A DNA stretch of 64,000 nt. Origin: an uncultured Verrucomicrobiae bacterium. Its GTDB lineage: Bacteria > Verrucomicrobiota > Verrucomicrobiia > Chthoniobacterales > UBA10450. The stretch spans positions 896,001 through 960,000 of the forward strand of contig CAWIBO010000002.1 in assembly GCA_963834385.1 (NCBI GenBank), written 5' to 3'. A program made the translations under genes and the position numbers. Below, in pieces: positions 18,387 to 30,015 of the stretch. Below the pieces are notes generated by a model. The model was not told where the DNA came from. It was given only the letters and a program-made list of their open reading frames with translations, and made no database searches. Within the stretch, counting starts at the first letter, position 1. The number at the start of each line of letters is the position of its first letter.

Positions 18387-20828
18387 ATGACAGGTGCAGA
18401 ATCAGTTCCGCGTCCTCCCGGGGCGGTCGTCTGGTCGCTCCCGCTGGTCATGCTGCTGTTTATCGGGTCCGGCGCGGCCGCCCTCATTTACGAGGTGGTC
18501 TGGCTGCAGCTCCTTCAGCTTTCCATCGGTTCTTCGGCGCTCTCCGTGGGCGTGCTCCTCGGCACCTTCATGGGTGGCATGTGCCTTGGAAGTTTTTTGC
18601 TGCCCCGCTTCCTGAAACCGGCCCATCACCCGCTGCGGGTTTACGCTTTCCTGGAAGCGGGCATCGGTCTTCTTGGCCTGGCTTCCCTTTACCTGGTGCC
18701 CATGGCCGGGCGTCTTTACACCACGGTGGCGGGGAGCGGACCCGCCAGCGTTTTCCTGCGCGCGCTCGTGGCCGCGGCGGTCCTGTTGCCCCCCACGCTC
18801 CTCATGGGCGCCACCCTCCCGGCCATCGCCCGGTGGGTCCGGGCAACGCCCCGGGGCGTGCAATGGCTTGGATTCTTTTACGCCGGCAACATCGCCGGCG
18901 CCGTCGCCGGATGCCTGCTCGCCGGCTTTTACCTGCTCCGCGTTTTCAACATGGCCACGGCCGCCTTTGTCGCGGTCGGTCTTAATCTTCTGGTTGCGGG
19001 CCTGGCCTTTCTCCTCGCCCGGCCCGCGCCTCCCGTGATCATCGAGGAAACGCCCACCCACGCCGGCCAGCCGCCCGGCTCACGCCTGATCTACCTGGCC
19101 ATCGCTCTCTCGGGATTCACGGCACTCGGCGCGGAAGTGATCTGGACGCGCCTGCTCGCTCTCCTTTATGGCGGTACCACCTACACCTTCTCCCTGATCC
19201 TCGCGGTTTTTCTCACCGGCCTCGGGATCGGCAGCGGGATCGGCGCCCGCCTGGCGCGCGGTCTGGCCAGCAGCAGCGTGGCGCTGGGCTGGTGCCAGGC
19301 TGGTCTTTGTCTCGCCCTCGCCTGGGGCGCTTATGCCACCGGAGCGGCCCTGCCGTTCTGGCCGGTCAACCCGCAGCTCAACACCGGGAACGCCTTCAAA
19401 TTCCAGCTCGATGTCATGCGCACCCTCTTCGCTCTTCTCCCGGCGGCCGTTCTCTGGGGCATGTCGTTCCCCCTCGCGGTCGGGGCGCTGGCCGGGCGCG
19501 GCCAGGATGCGGGACGGCTCGTCGGCGGGGTCTACGCCGCCAACACCCTCGGGGCCGTGCTCGGCGCCCTCGTCACGGGCCTGGTTCTCGTCGGCACGGT
19601 CGGGAGCAGCGTGGCCCAGCAAATCTTCATCCTCCTCGCCGCGGTCGCGGCTTTCGCCGCCTGGTTCGCCGGCGCCAGACCGGACGGAATGCCGGGGCGC
19701 CTGCTTTGGCAGGGCACGGCGGCGACCCTGGCCGCCACTTTTGTCCTGGCGGTGCCGCCGCCACCCGCGCTCCTGATCGCCTACGGCCGTTACGTCGCCG
19801 TCTTCGGCCATCAAAGCGAGGTGATCTACGCCGAGGAAGGGGTTACGGCTTCGGTCGCGGTCAGCCGCACGGCGGAAGGCGTGGTCTTTTATCACAATGC
19901 CGGCAAGGCCCAGGCCTCCAGCCGCCCGCACGACATGCGCCTGCAACGAATGCTCGGGCATATCACCACGCTGGCGCCGCGCAACCCGGAGAAGGTCCTC
20001 GTCATTGGCTGCGGCGCCGGCGTCACCGCCGGTGCCGTCTCGATCGATCCCCGGGTGAAAAAAGAGATCATCGCGGAGATCGAGCCGGTCGTTCCCCGGA
20101 TCGCCTCGCGCTATTTCGGCGACCATAACTTTCACGTCATCAGCAACCCGAAGGTGAGCGTTCACCTCGATGATGCGCGCCATTATCTCCTCACGACCGA
20201 CGAGAAATTCGACGCCATCACTTCCGACCCGCTCGACGCCTGGGTGAAGGGGTCCGCCACGCTGCATACCCGCGAATTCTTCGAGGAGGTAAAACAACAT
20301 CTTCGGCCGGGCGGCGTGGTCACGGTCTGGGTGCCGCTTTACGAGAACACCGAGGCCTCGGTGAAAAGCGAGATCGCCACTTTCTTCGAGGTTTTTCCCG
20401 AGGGCGCGATTTTTGCCAACACCATTGGCGGGCTGGGCTACGACCTGGTGCTCTTCGGCCAACTGGAGGGAGCGCCCATCCAGGTCGATGAAGCCGAACG
20501 TCGTCTCGAGGACGCGGCCCATCCGGAAATGTTCGAGTCCCTGCGCGAGATCGGCATCCTCTCCGCCGTCACTCTTTTCGGCACCTATGCCGGCAACCGG
20601 GCTGACCTGCGGGAATGGTTGCAGGACGCCGAGATCAACACCGACGGGAATCTCCGGCTGCAATATCTCGCCGGGCTGGGCGCGAGCATGTACCGCAGCG
20701 GGCCCATCTTTCGCGAGATGGTCCGGAACGTCCGTTACCCGGAGAATCTATTTGAGGGCGATCCCGAAACGCTGCGCGCGCTCCGGAACCACATCGAAGG
20801 CAACCTGAGCGGCGGCCGTCCCTTCTAA
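18387..20828 (+). CDS. Fused MFS-like membrane / spermidine-synthase-like SAM-dependent protein
   Basis: SGAAALIYEVVW and duplicated TM module; VLVIGCGAGVT, EIEP, DDARHYL, FDAITSDP. Confidence 0.88.
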   Translation: MTGAESVPRPPGAVVWSLPLVMLLFIGSGAAALIYEVVWLQLLQLSIGSSALSVGVLLGTFMGGMCLGSFLLPRFLKPAHHPLRVYAFLEAGIGLLGLASLYLVPMAGRLYTTVAGSGPASVFLRALVAAAVLLPPTLLMGATLPAIARWVRATPRGVQWLGFFYAGNIAGAVAGCLLAGFYLLRVFNMATAAFVAVGLNLLVAGLAFLLARPAPPVIIEETPTHAGQPPGSRLIYLAIALSGFTALGAEVIWTRLLALLYGGTTYTFSLILAVFLTGLGIGSGIGARLARGLASSSVALGWCQAGLCLALAWGAYATGAALPFWPVNPQLNTGNAFKFQLDVMRTLFALLPAAVLWGMSFPLAVGALAGRGQDAGRLVGGVYAANTLGAVLGALVTGLVLVGTVGSSVAQQIFILLAAVAAFAAWFAGARPDGMPGRLLWQGTAATLAATFVLAVPPPPALLIAYGRYVAVFGHQSEVIYAEEGVTASVAVSRTAEGVVFYHNAGKAQASSRPHDMRLQRMLGHITTLAPRNPEKVLVIGCGAGVTAGAVSIDPRVKKEIIAEIEPVVPRIASRYFGDHNFHVISNPKVSVHLDDARHYLLTTDEKFDAITSDPLDAWVKGSATLHTREFFEEVKQHLRPGGVVTVWVPLYENTEASVKSEIATFFEVFPEGAIFANTIGGLGYDLVLFGQLEGAPIQVDEAERRLEDAAHPEMFESLREIGILSAVTLFGTYAGNRADLREWLQDAEINTDGNLRLQYLAGLGASMYRSGPIFREMVRNVRYPENLFEGDPETLRALRNHIEGNLSGGRPF

Positions 20829-20876
20829 CCTTCGTCGCCGCCAGATCCGGCACATTTGGGGCACACCCCGTCCCTC

Positions 20877-20905
20877 AATCCTGCAAAAATCCTGTTCATC
20901 CTGTC
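20877..20905. repeat. Solo arm of the 9-nt ATCCTG repeat family
   Basis: AATCCTGCAAAAATCCTGTTCATCCTGTC, similar to 3186-3212; lies between convergent genes. Confidence 0.7.
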
Positions 20906-20935
20906 TAAAAAACGACGGCGCGGAGCGGGCAAGGC

Positions 20936-21908
20936 TCAGACCAGTTTCAGCCGCGTCAGGTCCTGCGAATCCACCAGGCCCACCGGCATGTTGGCATCGT
21001 CCACCACGACAAGGTCGTCAATCCGGTGGCGCTGAAGCAGGTTCAACACTTCCACCGCCAGCCTGTCCCGGTGCACCGTGACCGGGTTCAGGGTCATCAG
21101 GTCGGCCACGAGGCGTTCGCCGATGCGCGGGTCGCTTTGAAAATGCCGCGCAAAATCGCCGTGCGTAAAGATTCCCAGCAAAGCCCCGTCGGCCCCCGCG
21201 ACCACCGCCGCGCCGGCCCGCACCGTGGTCATGGCCCCGAGCACCGCGCTGATCGGCGTCTTCCGGGGCGACCAGGGCGAGGGCCTCGCGCGGACGCATG
21301 ACCTGGTGCACCCGGAGAAGCAGGGTGCGCCCGATGGTGCCGCCCGGATGGAACTTCGCAAAATCCTCCTTCCGAAAACCGCGCGCCTCCAGCAGCACCA
21401 TGGCGAGCGCGTCGCCGAGGGCGAGCATCACCGTCGTGCTCGAGGTGGGCGCCAGGTTCAGTGGGCAGGCTTCCTGTTCCACATTCACATCGAGGGTGAT
21501 GTCAGCCGCCTGGGCCAGGGTCGATTTCGGGTTGCCGCAGAGCGCGATGATCCTGACGTCAAAACGCGCGATGGCCGGCAGGACACGCAGCACTTCCTCG
21601 GTCTCGCCGCTGGAGCTGAGCGCCAGGACCACGTCGCCATCCGCCATCATGCCGAGGTCGCCATGGAGGGCGTTCAGGGAACTGAGAACCATGGCCGGCG
21701 AACCGGTGCTGGTGAGGGTGGCCGCGATCTTCTTCCCGATGTTGCCCGATTTGCCGACCCCGACCACGACGATCTTGCCCCGCGCTTCCTGGGAGGCGCG
21801 GATGGCCTCGATCGCCCGGGTGAAATTGTCGTCCAAACGGTCGCGTAACCGTTGCAGCTCGGAAATTTCGATCTCGACGACGCGGCGCGCCTTCCCTAAG
21901 TAGTCCAT
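20936..21908 (-). CDS. kdsD: KpsF/GutQ arabinose-5-phosphate isomerase (SIS+CBS), frameshift near 21285
   Basis: GVGKSG, ATLTSTG, HGDLG, EACPLNLAPTSST, FHPGG, GIFTHGD. Confidence 0.92.
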
Positions 21909-21981
21909 CGCCGGTGATTGTGCGTGGAGCGCATTCTCCGGGCAAGTTTTAGCGTAACGCCTTAACCTCGACCGCCCACCT

Positions 21982-22281
21982 ATGAAACATCTCCTTTTGC
22001 TCCTCCTGCTCGGCCTTCCCCTCGGCGCCTCCGGGGCCGATTCCTCCTTCAGCCGTTCCGTCGACCGGGAGCAACAGCAGCGGGTGGAGCGGCGCAACGC
22101 CGTCATGCGCCGGGCCGACGTCAATGGCGTGGTCGCACGCGGCCTGCGCGGCGGCAACCCGTTCCAGATGCTGAACCCCAACGCGCCCGCCCGTTACGGC
22201 ACCGCCGAGGAAAGCATCATGTACGACCCGTATACCGGGAAATGGAACGGCATCCGCTTCCTTACCATCTATTTTGACTGA
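21982..22281 (+). CDS. Small secreted hypothetical protein
   Basis: Signal peptide; GNPFQMLNPNAPARYG core. Confidence 0.7.
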   Translation: MKHLLLLLLLGLPLGASGADSSFSRSVDREQQQRVERRNAVMRRADVNGVVARGLRGGNPFQMLNPNAPARYGTAEESIMYDPYTGKWNGIRFLTIYFD

Positions 22282-23456
22282 CGGTGCGGTGCCAGCGGCC
22301 GTCCCCCGGGAACGGCCGGTCGTCGCCTGTTATTGCGCGACGTTTCTCAAGCCGGAGATGCTTCACATCTACCGGCAGATCACGGCGCTCGAGCGGTTCC
22401 GCGCCGTGGTCATCGCCCGAAAACGCGAGGAACCGGAGCGGTTTCCCTTCGGCGCGGTCACGCTCGTGCCGCGCCCGCCCACCCACTGGCTCCGGCGTCT
22501 CTGGTTCCGCGATATCATGGACGCGCCCTGGCAGATCTCGCAGTCGGAGCAGAGCGCGCTCCTCGCGCTCCTGCGCCAGGCCGGGGCCGACCTTCTCCAC
22601 ATCTATTTTGGGCACATCGCGGTGCATCTGCTCCCGCTCCTGCGCACCTGGCCCCGGCCTGTCGTGGTCTCTTTCCACGGCGCCGATGTCATGGTCGACA
22701 TGAACAAGCCCGCTTATCGCTACGCGACCGTGCAGATGCTGCACCTCGCCCGGCTCGTCCTTGTCCGCTCCGCTTCGCTCCGCGACGGCCTGGTCCGTCT
22801 CGGCTGTCCCGTGCGAAAAAATCCGGATCCATCGCACCGGGATTCCTCTCGACCAGTATCCCTTCGTGGCCCGGACCTGGCCGGACGACGGCGCCTGGAG
22901 GCTGGTGCAGGCCTGCCGGTTGATCGAGAAAAAGGGATTGCAGACAAGTCTGCGCGCCTTTGCCCGGTTCGCGGAAAAATATCCGGCGGCGCGGTTCACC
23001 GTGGCCGGGGACGGTCCACAGTTGGCCTCGCTGCAGGCGCTGGCGGCCGAGCTGGGGATTGCGGAGAAGGTCTCTTTTGCCGGGATGCTTCGCCAGAAGG
23101 ATCTGCGCGACCTCTTCGAGCAATCGCATCTCTTTCTTCATCCCAGCCAGCTGGGGAGCGATGGGAACCAGGAAGGCGTGCCCAACTCCATGCTGGAGGC
23201 CATGGCCAGCGGCCTGCCGGTTTTCGCCACCACGCACGGCGGCATCCCGGAGGCGATCGAGGACGGGACCAGCGGTCTGCTCGTGCCCGAGCAGGACCAC
23301 GCCGAACTGGCCCGGGTGCTCCTGGAGACCGTCCCGCACCCGGAACGCCTCGCTGAAATCGCGACGGCAGGCGCGGCCACCGTGCGCGAACATTTCGAGA
23401 ACAGGACGCAGGTGCGGCGCCTGGAGGATTTCTATCTCGAAACCCTGCCCGGCTAA
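22274..23456 (+). CDS. GT4 glycosyltransferase (WcaL-like), frameshift near 22818
   Basis: SFHGADV, RLIEKKG, DGNQEGVPNSMLEAMASGLPV, HGGIPE. Confidence 0.9.
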
Positions 23457-23477
23457 GCCGGCGCGAAACCGCGCGCG

Positions 23478-24518
23478 CTACGCCCCGAGCCGGTTGAAAA
23501 ATTCGCGGAGCCGGGCCGCGCCCGCGGCGAAGGACAACTCCGCCTTGGCCCGGCGCTGTGAGTCGGCCACCGTTTCCGCGGCAAACGCTTCGTCCTGCAG
23601 GAGCCGCACTGCCAGCGCCAGCAGTTCCCCGGGAGCCCGGGCCGGCGCGCAAAGATCAGGGAAGGCGATGCGGTCCACCGCGCCGTTCCCGCCCAGGCAC
23701 GGCATCCGGCACAGGAGCGCGTCGCCCGCCACCTGGCCCGGGACGAAGCTGCTGTCGAGTTGCACGACGATCTTGTGATGGCCCACTTCGCGCAGGTAAT
23801 CGGCATAACGGAAGCGCCGCGTCAGGACGCGCAGCCGGTCTGCCGGAAAATCGAGCGCGGCGAGAAGCTTGGCCCCGGAGCGCCCGTCGAAATTGAAAAC
23901 GGTCACCCGTTCGCCGGTCGCGCGCGCCAGCACCAGCGCCGCCAGATGATTCCGGCTCGGCACCTCCCATTCGCGCGTGCCGACAAGAATGCCGGTGCGC
24001 TCCCGCGCCGGCCGCGAAAAGTTCCAGCGGTCGTCACTCACCGGATAGGGCGTGGGAATAAAGGCGACCCGATCCCGTTTTTCCTGCGGAAGACAGTTTT
24101 CCACAAACGCCGCCGCTTCCGGGGTGGTCGCGACATAGCCGTCCGCCGCGCGCAACAGGCGTTGCCAGCGCTGGAGGCGGTCGGGCCGGCGAAGCTGCTG
24201 CGCAATCTGGTGCAGGCCGGTTTCCTTCAAGGCCAGCGCCACGACGCGTCCCGCCTTCTTCAAAGCCGCCAGCGCGCGCTCCGCTTCCTTGAAGTCGCCG
24301 CGCAACAAGAGCAACACCGGCGTCTTCTCGGCCAGGGCCGCCCGGATGTCGCGCTGGAAACTTCCGCTCGTGCAGGCGGCAAAGGCATGAAAGTTCACCG
24401 GGGCATGCCCCGGCCCGGCTTCCCCCGCCCCGGCCGGAAACTGCTGCGCCGGATCGCGTCCGCCCGGGTTCAGCACGGTCAGCCGAAAATTCGCCGGCCG
24501 CGCAGTCGCGCCTACCAT
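23478..24518 (-). CDS. Hypothetical protein, possibly GT-B fold
   Basis: 346-aa ORF with host-like codon use; PGQVAGDALLCRMPCLG resembles a GT-B C-terminal motif. Confidence 0.6.
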   Translation of the reverse strand: MVGATARPANFRLTVLNPGGRDPAQQFPAGAGEAGPGHAPVNFHAFAACTSGSFQRDIRAALAEKTPVLLLLRGDFKEAERALAALKKAGRVVALALKETGLHQIAQQLRRPDRLQRWQRLLRAADGYVATTPEAAAFVENCLPQEKRDRVAFIPTPYPVSDDRWNFSRPARERTGILVGTREWEVPSRNHLAALVLARATGERVTVFNFDGRSGAKLLAALDFPADRLRVLTRRFRYADYLREVGHHKIVVQLDSSFVPGQVAGDALLCRMPCLGGNGAVDRIAFPDLCAPARAPGELLALAVRLLQDEAFAAETVADSQRRAKAELSFAAGAARLREFFNRLGA

Positions 24519-27072
24519 TCTTCTTCCGGTTCCTCCACCGGTTCAGCCGGCAGGATCCGTTCCCGCCGCTCGTCGGCCCCGACCGCCTCAGCCTTTCTGA
24601 CCTCGACCGGTTCGTTCGGCTCCGCGCGCCGCACTTCAATCTCATCTGTCGGCGCCAGGCGCTCCTCCGCCGTGGGCCCGACCGGCTCGGCCCGCAGCAC
24701 CGGCTTGGAGGGATCAGGCAAATCTTCTTCCGCGGCGGTCACCGTGGCGGGCTCGGGCATCGGCGTCGGTGTGGCCACCGGCGGCGGCGCTTCGGTCGAC
24801 CGCACCGCTCCCCACGGATCGCGGTCGGCCAGCAAGGCGGGACCTTTCACGTTCACCGGCGAAACCTGCTCGGTGTCGACCGCCAGCGCGGCCCGCGGCC
24901 ATTCCGCCTGCGGCAAATCCCTGGCGATCGGCCGGCGCGGCCCATGGACGTTGCAGGGATCAACAGGGCGCTGCGCCCTCGTCGCGATCTCCTGGTAGGT
25001 GGTGCGACGTGTTCCGGCCGGCGTGCTTTCGAAACATTTGTCGGTCGCGAGCAGGCCTGACTTCGAGCAGACCTCGACCCGTTCCAGGCCGCCCGGCATC
25101 TTGATCTCGCGCGGCGGATACCGCGTCAGCGACGCGTTCATGATCTCCGTCCAGACCGGCAACGCGATCTCGCTGCCAAAAGCGCCGCGATAGATTTTGC
25201 GCGGCTTGTCGAACCCGGCCCAGACCACGCAGGTGAGGGCGCTGTCGTAGCCGGCGAAAAGCACATCGGTGAAATCGTAGGCGGTGCCGGTCTTGCCCGC
25301 GGCCGGCATTTTCTTGAGCCCGTATTTTTCGTAGGCGACCCGCCCGGTGCCCTGCTCCAGCGCGTCGACCAGGCACGAATGCACTTCATAGGCGATCTCG
25401 GGCTTGAGCACCGTCCGCCGGCTCCGGTCGATGCGAGGCTGCCAGACGACGTTGCCATCCTTGTCCGTGATGCGGGTGAGAAGATGGGTCGCGGTGGGCC
25501 GGGTGCCGCCATTCGGGAAAATCGTGTAGGCCAGGGCCAGCTCGGCGATGGTGAACTCGCTCGCGCCAAGAAACGTGGCCGGGAAGGGGCGCAGCGCCGT
25601 CTTGATTCCGGCGTTGCTCGCCAGTTGCAGGACGGCTTCCACGCCCGGCTGCATCCCAAGCCGGACGGTCGCGCTGTTTTTCGATTTGGCCAGCGCCTCG
25701 CGCGCGGTGATCGGCCCTTCGTACCGGTTGTCCGGCCGTTCCGGTCCCCATTCCCCGAGGATGCCGGTGGTGCCGCCGATCATCACCGTCCGGTTATCGA
25801 GCGCGGAATCGAGCACCACGGTTCCGGGATACGCCCCTTTCTCGAAGGCGGCCGCGTAGACAAAGGGCATCATGGCCGTGCCGACCGGCCGCTTCGCCTG
25901 CAGGGCCCGGTCATACTCGGTGTGCTCGAAATCGCGCCCGCCCACGAGGGCAAGAATGCCGCCGGTACTGTTATCGAGGGCAATGACCGCGCCCTGCAGA
26001 TAATCCGGTCGGCGTGCTGCTTTTTCGCGCCTTTCTTAAATGAGGCGGCGTAATCGGCGTAGGTCTGGTGCGAGTAACCCTCGGTCTGCTCGGCCGCGGC
26101 CAGCGCGGCCCGGAGCGAGTCTTCGGCCACTTTTTGCAGTTCCACATCAATGGTGGTGTGAATGCGGAACCCCTCGTTCATGGCCCGTTCCCAGCCGACC
26201 GCGGCGATGACCTGCTGCCGGATCTGGTCCACCGCGTAGGTCTGGCCGCGCGCGCTTTGCTTGCTCCCGATGATGATATCCTGCGATTGCGCCGCCTCCG
26301 CCGCCCCGCGGCTGATGAAACCCAGCTCGCGCATCCGGCTCAGGACCAGGTTGCGCGCCTCGCGCGACGCGGAAAGACTCGACCAGGGCGAAAGCTTGTT
26401 CGGGCTCTTGAGCAGGCCCGCGAGGGTGGCTGATTCCGCCAACGACATTTCCTGCGCCGGTTTGCCAAAATATCCGCGCGCGGCCGCTTCCGCTCCGTAG
26501 AGTCCGCCGCCGAAATAAATCCGGTTCAGGTAAAGCTCCATGATCTTCTGCTTGCCGAAATGTTCCTCGATCCGGCGGGCCAGAAAGATCTCGACCAGTT
26601 TGCGCCGGAAGGTTTTCTCCCGCAGGGAAAAGCTGTTCCGCGCCAGCTGCTGGGTGATCGTGCTCGCCCCCTGGCGGACCGAACCCGAGGTCACGTTCTT
26701 GAGCGCGGCCCGGACAATCCCGAAAAAATCGTAGCCACTATGGGTGTAAAATTTCGTGTCCTCGATCGCGACCACCGCGTTGACCAGGTCGCGCGGCAAC
26801 TGGTCGTAGGGAATGGTCTCGCGGTTTTCGACGTAGATCTGGCCGAAGATCTTTTCGTTCCGGTCCAGGATCACACTGGCCGATTCCATTTTCTCGAGCT
26901 GGTTGAGGTCGTAGGTCTCGGCGTGCTCCCGCAGTTCGCCCACAAGATAGAAGAGGTAAATCCCGCCCACCATGACCCCGAGAGCCACCATCGCGGCGAC
27001 CGCGTAAAATTGCGGGGTGCCCACCCAGCGCTGGCGAAAGCGTTTAAGCGGAGTTTGTTCGAAGTAGGACAC
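24512..27072 (-). CDS. Class A penicillin-binding protein (PBP1A family), frameshift near 26005
   Basis: EDTKFY.H, QGASTITQQLARN, YLNRIYFG; KSKN and AGKTGT in the transpeptidase part. Confidence 0.92.
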
Positions 27073-27140
27073 TGGCTTCCGAGGGCAAAAGGCGGCTGGT
27101 GCGGCCGCGCAACTTAGGTGCAGTTCCAACGAAAATCCAA

Positions 27141-28307
27141 ATGCCTGTGCACTCAAGTGCCGGTTCACCGCTTCTAACCGACTTCCTCCGCGGGATTCTC
27201 CGCCGGGAAGGCCCGCGGCCGTTCCGCTGGTTCATGGAGCAGGCGCTCTATCATCCGGAACACGGTTACTACAGTTCCGGGCGCGCCCTCATCGGCCGGC
27301 GCGGCGATTTCTTCACCAGCGTCAGCGGCGGCCCGGTCTTTGGCCGGCTCCTCTGCGGCCAGTTCGCGGAGATTTGGGAACAACTCGGGCGCCCGGCCCC
27401 GTTCACCCTCGTGGAACAGGGCGCGCACGACGGCCAATTCGCGCGCGACGTGCTCGAGGCCGCAGCCGCCGATCATCCCGCTTTCCTGGCCGCGCTGACC
27501 TACCGCATCATTGAACCGTTTCCCGTTTTGCGGGAGCGCCAGGCCGAAAGGCTCCGGCGCTTCGCGCCCTGCGTGCAATGGGTGGCGGAGGTCGAGCAAC
27601 TGTCCCCGTTTACGGGCGTTTTCTTCGCCAACGAGCTCGTGGACGCCTTCCCTGTGCATCTGCTCCGGCGCGATCAGGCGGAGGGAGCCGCCTGGCAGGA
27701 ACGCCATGTCGCGGTCGAGCAGGATGACTTTGTCTGGCGCGACGAAAATCTTTCCTCCCCGGCGCTGCCGGCGCACATGGAAAAGCTTCCGCTGCCGGCC
27801 ACCGGTCCCTACCAAACCGAAATCAACCTGGCCGCGCCTGCCTGGATGACCGCGCTGGCTCCCAAGCTCGAGCGCGGCCTTCTTCTCCTCGCCGATTACG
27901 GACTGTCCCGGAACGAATTTTTTGCGCCGGAACGCCGGGAGGGAACGCTTCGTTGCTATGCCCGTCACCAGGTGATGCCTTCACCGCTCGAGGGCATCGG
28001 CGAGACTGACATCACCGCGCATGTGGAATGGACCAGCCTGGCCGAAGCCGGGCTGGGCACAGGGCTGTCCCTGGCCGGCTTTGTTGATCAGCATCATTTC
28101 GTCACAGGACTGCTCGCCTCCGACCCGGGCCGCGCGGTCTACGACTCGCTCGATCCAGCCGGGCGGCGCGGGCTGCAAACCATTTTGCATCCGCAATTTC
28201 TCGGGATTGCCTTTCAATTCCTCGGTCTGGCCCGGAACCTGGAAGGCGGATTGAGCGGCTTCCAGTTTGCCTCGGGTTCAGCGGCCCGCCTTGGGCTTGC
28301 CTCATGA
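27141..28307 (+). CDS. SAM-dependent methyltransferase, MidA/NDUFAF7 family
   Basis: FMEQALYHP..GYY, GDFFTS, EQGAHDG, ANELVDAFP, DYG, DITAHV. Confidence 0.9.
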   Translation: MPVHSSAGSPLLTDFLRGILRREGPRPFRWFMEQALYHPEHGYYSSGRALIGRRGDFFTSVSGGPVFGRLLCGQFAEIWEQLGRPAPFTLVEQGAHDGQFARDVLEAAAADHPAFLAALTYRIIEPFPVLRERQAERLRRFAPCVQWVAEVEQLSPFTGVFFANELVDAFPVHLLRRDQAEGAAWQERHVAVEQDDFVWRDENLSSPALPAHMEKLPLPATGPYQTEINLAAPAWMTALAPKLERGLLLLADYGLSRNEFFAPERREGTLRCYARHQVMPSPLEGIGETDITAHVEWTSLAEAGLGTGLSLAGFVDQHHFVTGLLASDPGRAVYDSLDPAGRRGLQTILHPQFLGIAFQFLGLARNLEGGLSGFQFASGSAARLGLAS

Positions 28308-29044
28308 ACGGCCCGGAATGGATTCTCGTCGCGGCTTTCCTGGCTGCGGCTTTTCTCTACGCCAGCGTCGGCCATGGCGGCGCCTCCGCTTACCTGGCCG
28401 TGATGGCGCTGGCCGGCGTGGCCCCGCTCCTCATGCGCCCGTCGGCCCTGGTCCTGAACGCCGCGGTTTCCGGTCTGGCGCTTCTTCATTTCGCGCGGGC
28501 CGGTTGGTTTTCGTGGCGGCTCTTCTGGCCGTTCGCGCTCCTCGCCGTGCCGCTCGCCTTTGTCGGGGGACGCATCACGCTGGCCAGCGGACATTACCGG
28601 TTGTTGCTCGGCGCGGTTCTTCTTTTCGCGGCGCTCCGCCTTCTTTTCTGGAAATCTTCAGATTCAGCCGCGGAACGCCGGATTCATCCCGCGCTGGCTC
28701 TTCCCCTCGGCGCCCTGCTTGGGTTGCTCGCCGGCATGACCGGGGTCGGCGGCGGCATTTTTCTCTCCCCGCTGCTCGTCCTGTCGCGACTCGCCACCGC
28801 CAAGGCGGCGGCCGCCGTCTCGGCCGCTTTTGTCCTGGTCAACTCCCTGGCCGGCCTGCTCGCGCTCTCGCCCGCGTCGCGCCAGTTCCCGCCGCAGTTT
28901 TCCTGGTGGATCGGCGCTGTCCTCGTGGGCGGCGCCGCCGGTTCCTGGCTCGGCTCCCGCCGTTTTCACGTCCCTCTTCTTCTCCGGCTCCTCAGTCTGG
29001 TGCTCGCGCTCGCCGCTGCTAAACTCCTTCTTACCGCCAAATGA
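28304..29044 (+). CDS. TauE/SafE-family sulfite exporter
   Basis: SVGHGGASAY, GMTGVGGGIFLSP. Confidence 0.88.
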   Translation: MNGPEWILVAAFLAAAFLYASVGHGGASAYLAVMALAGVAPLLMRPSALVLNAAVSGLALLHFARAGWFSWRLFWPFALLAVPLAFVGGRITLASGHYRLLLGAVLLFAALRLLFWKSSDSAAERRIHPALALPLGALLGLLAGMTGVGGGIFLSPLLVLSRLATAKAAAAVSAAFVLVNSLAGLLALSPASRQFPPQFSWWIGAVLVGGAAGSWLGSRRFHVPLLLRLLSLVLALAAAKLLLTAK

Positions 29045-30015
29045 TCGACCCCTTCTCGCGCACCATCGATTACCTGCGCATTTCCATCACCGACCGGTGC
29101 AATGAGCATTGCCTTTATTGCCTGCCGGAAGGGTTTTCGGACTGGATGCCGCGGGCCGAGATTCTTCGTTACGAGGAAATCATGGCGGTGGCGGAAACAG
29201 CCGCCGCCCTCGGGGTGCGCAAATTCCGCATCACCGGCGGCGAACCGCTCGTGCGCAAGGACGCGGTCTCTTTCATCCGCGATCTCGCCGCCCGGCCCGA
29301 CATCCCCGAGGTGGCTCTCTCGACCAACGGCACCCGGCTCGCGCCCGTGGCCGAAGAACTCGCCCGCGCCGGCGTCCGCTCGGTCAACGTCAGCCTCGAC
29401 GCCCTTGATCCCGCGATTTACCGGCAGATCACCGGGAGCGATCTCGCTGACGTGCTCCTCGGCCTGGCCGCGGCCCGGGACGCCGGCATCCCGCAGATCA
29501 AGCTCAATGCCGTTCTCATGCGCGGCATCAACGAATCGCAAATTCTCCCGCTGGCCGAGTTCGCCGCCGCCGAGGGTTATCTTCTTCGCTTTATCGAGCT
29601 GATGCCGGTGAGCCTGTCCGCGCGCCTGACCGAGAAAAATTTCTTTCCCATCGCGGAAGCCCGCCGCCTCCTCGAGACCCGCAGCCGCCTTGTCCCCTCG
29701 CTGGCCCGCCACGGGCACGGCCCCGCGATCTACCACGAGATGCCCGATCTCGGCGCCACCGTCGGTTTCATCGGGGCGCTGACCAACCACCAGTTCTGCG
29801 AATCGTGCAACAAGATGCGCCTGACCGCCGATGGCATGATCCGGCCCTGTCTCGGGCAGCACGGCGAGGTCGATCTCAAACCGGCGCTGCGGCCGCAGAT
29901 TGATCGCGCCCTTCTGCGCGACCGGCTCCTGATCGCGCTGCACGCCAAGCCGCTGGCACACGCCTTTCGCGAGGCCTACGAGCCGGGACGGATCATGACG
30001 GCGATCGGCGGATGA
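29041..30015 (+). CDS. moaA: GTP 3',8-cyclase
   Basis: LRISITDRCNEHCLYC, FCESCNKMRLTADG..RPCL, C-terminal GG. Confidence 0.97.
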   Translation: MIDPFSRTIDYLRISITDRCNEHCLYCLPEGFSDWMPRAEILRYEEIMAVAETAAALGVRKFRITGGEPLVRKDAVSFIRDLAARPDIPEVALSTNGTRLAPVAEELARAGVRSVNVSLDALDPAIYRQITGSDLADVLLGLAAARDAGIPQIKLNAVLMRGINESQILPLAEFAAAEGYLLRFIELMPVSLSARLTEKNFFPIAEARRLLETRSRLVPSLARHGHGPAIYHEMPDLGATVGFIGALTNHQFCESCNKMRLTADGMIRPCLGQHGEVDLKPALRPQIDRALLRDRLLIALHAKPLAHAFREAYEPGRIMTAIGG

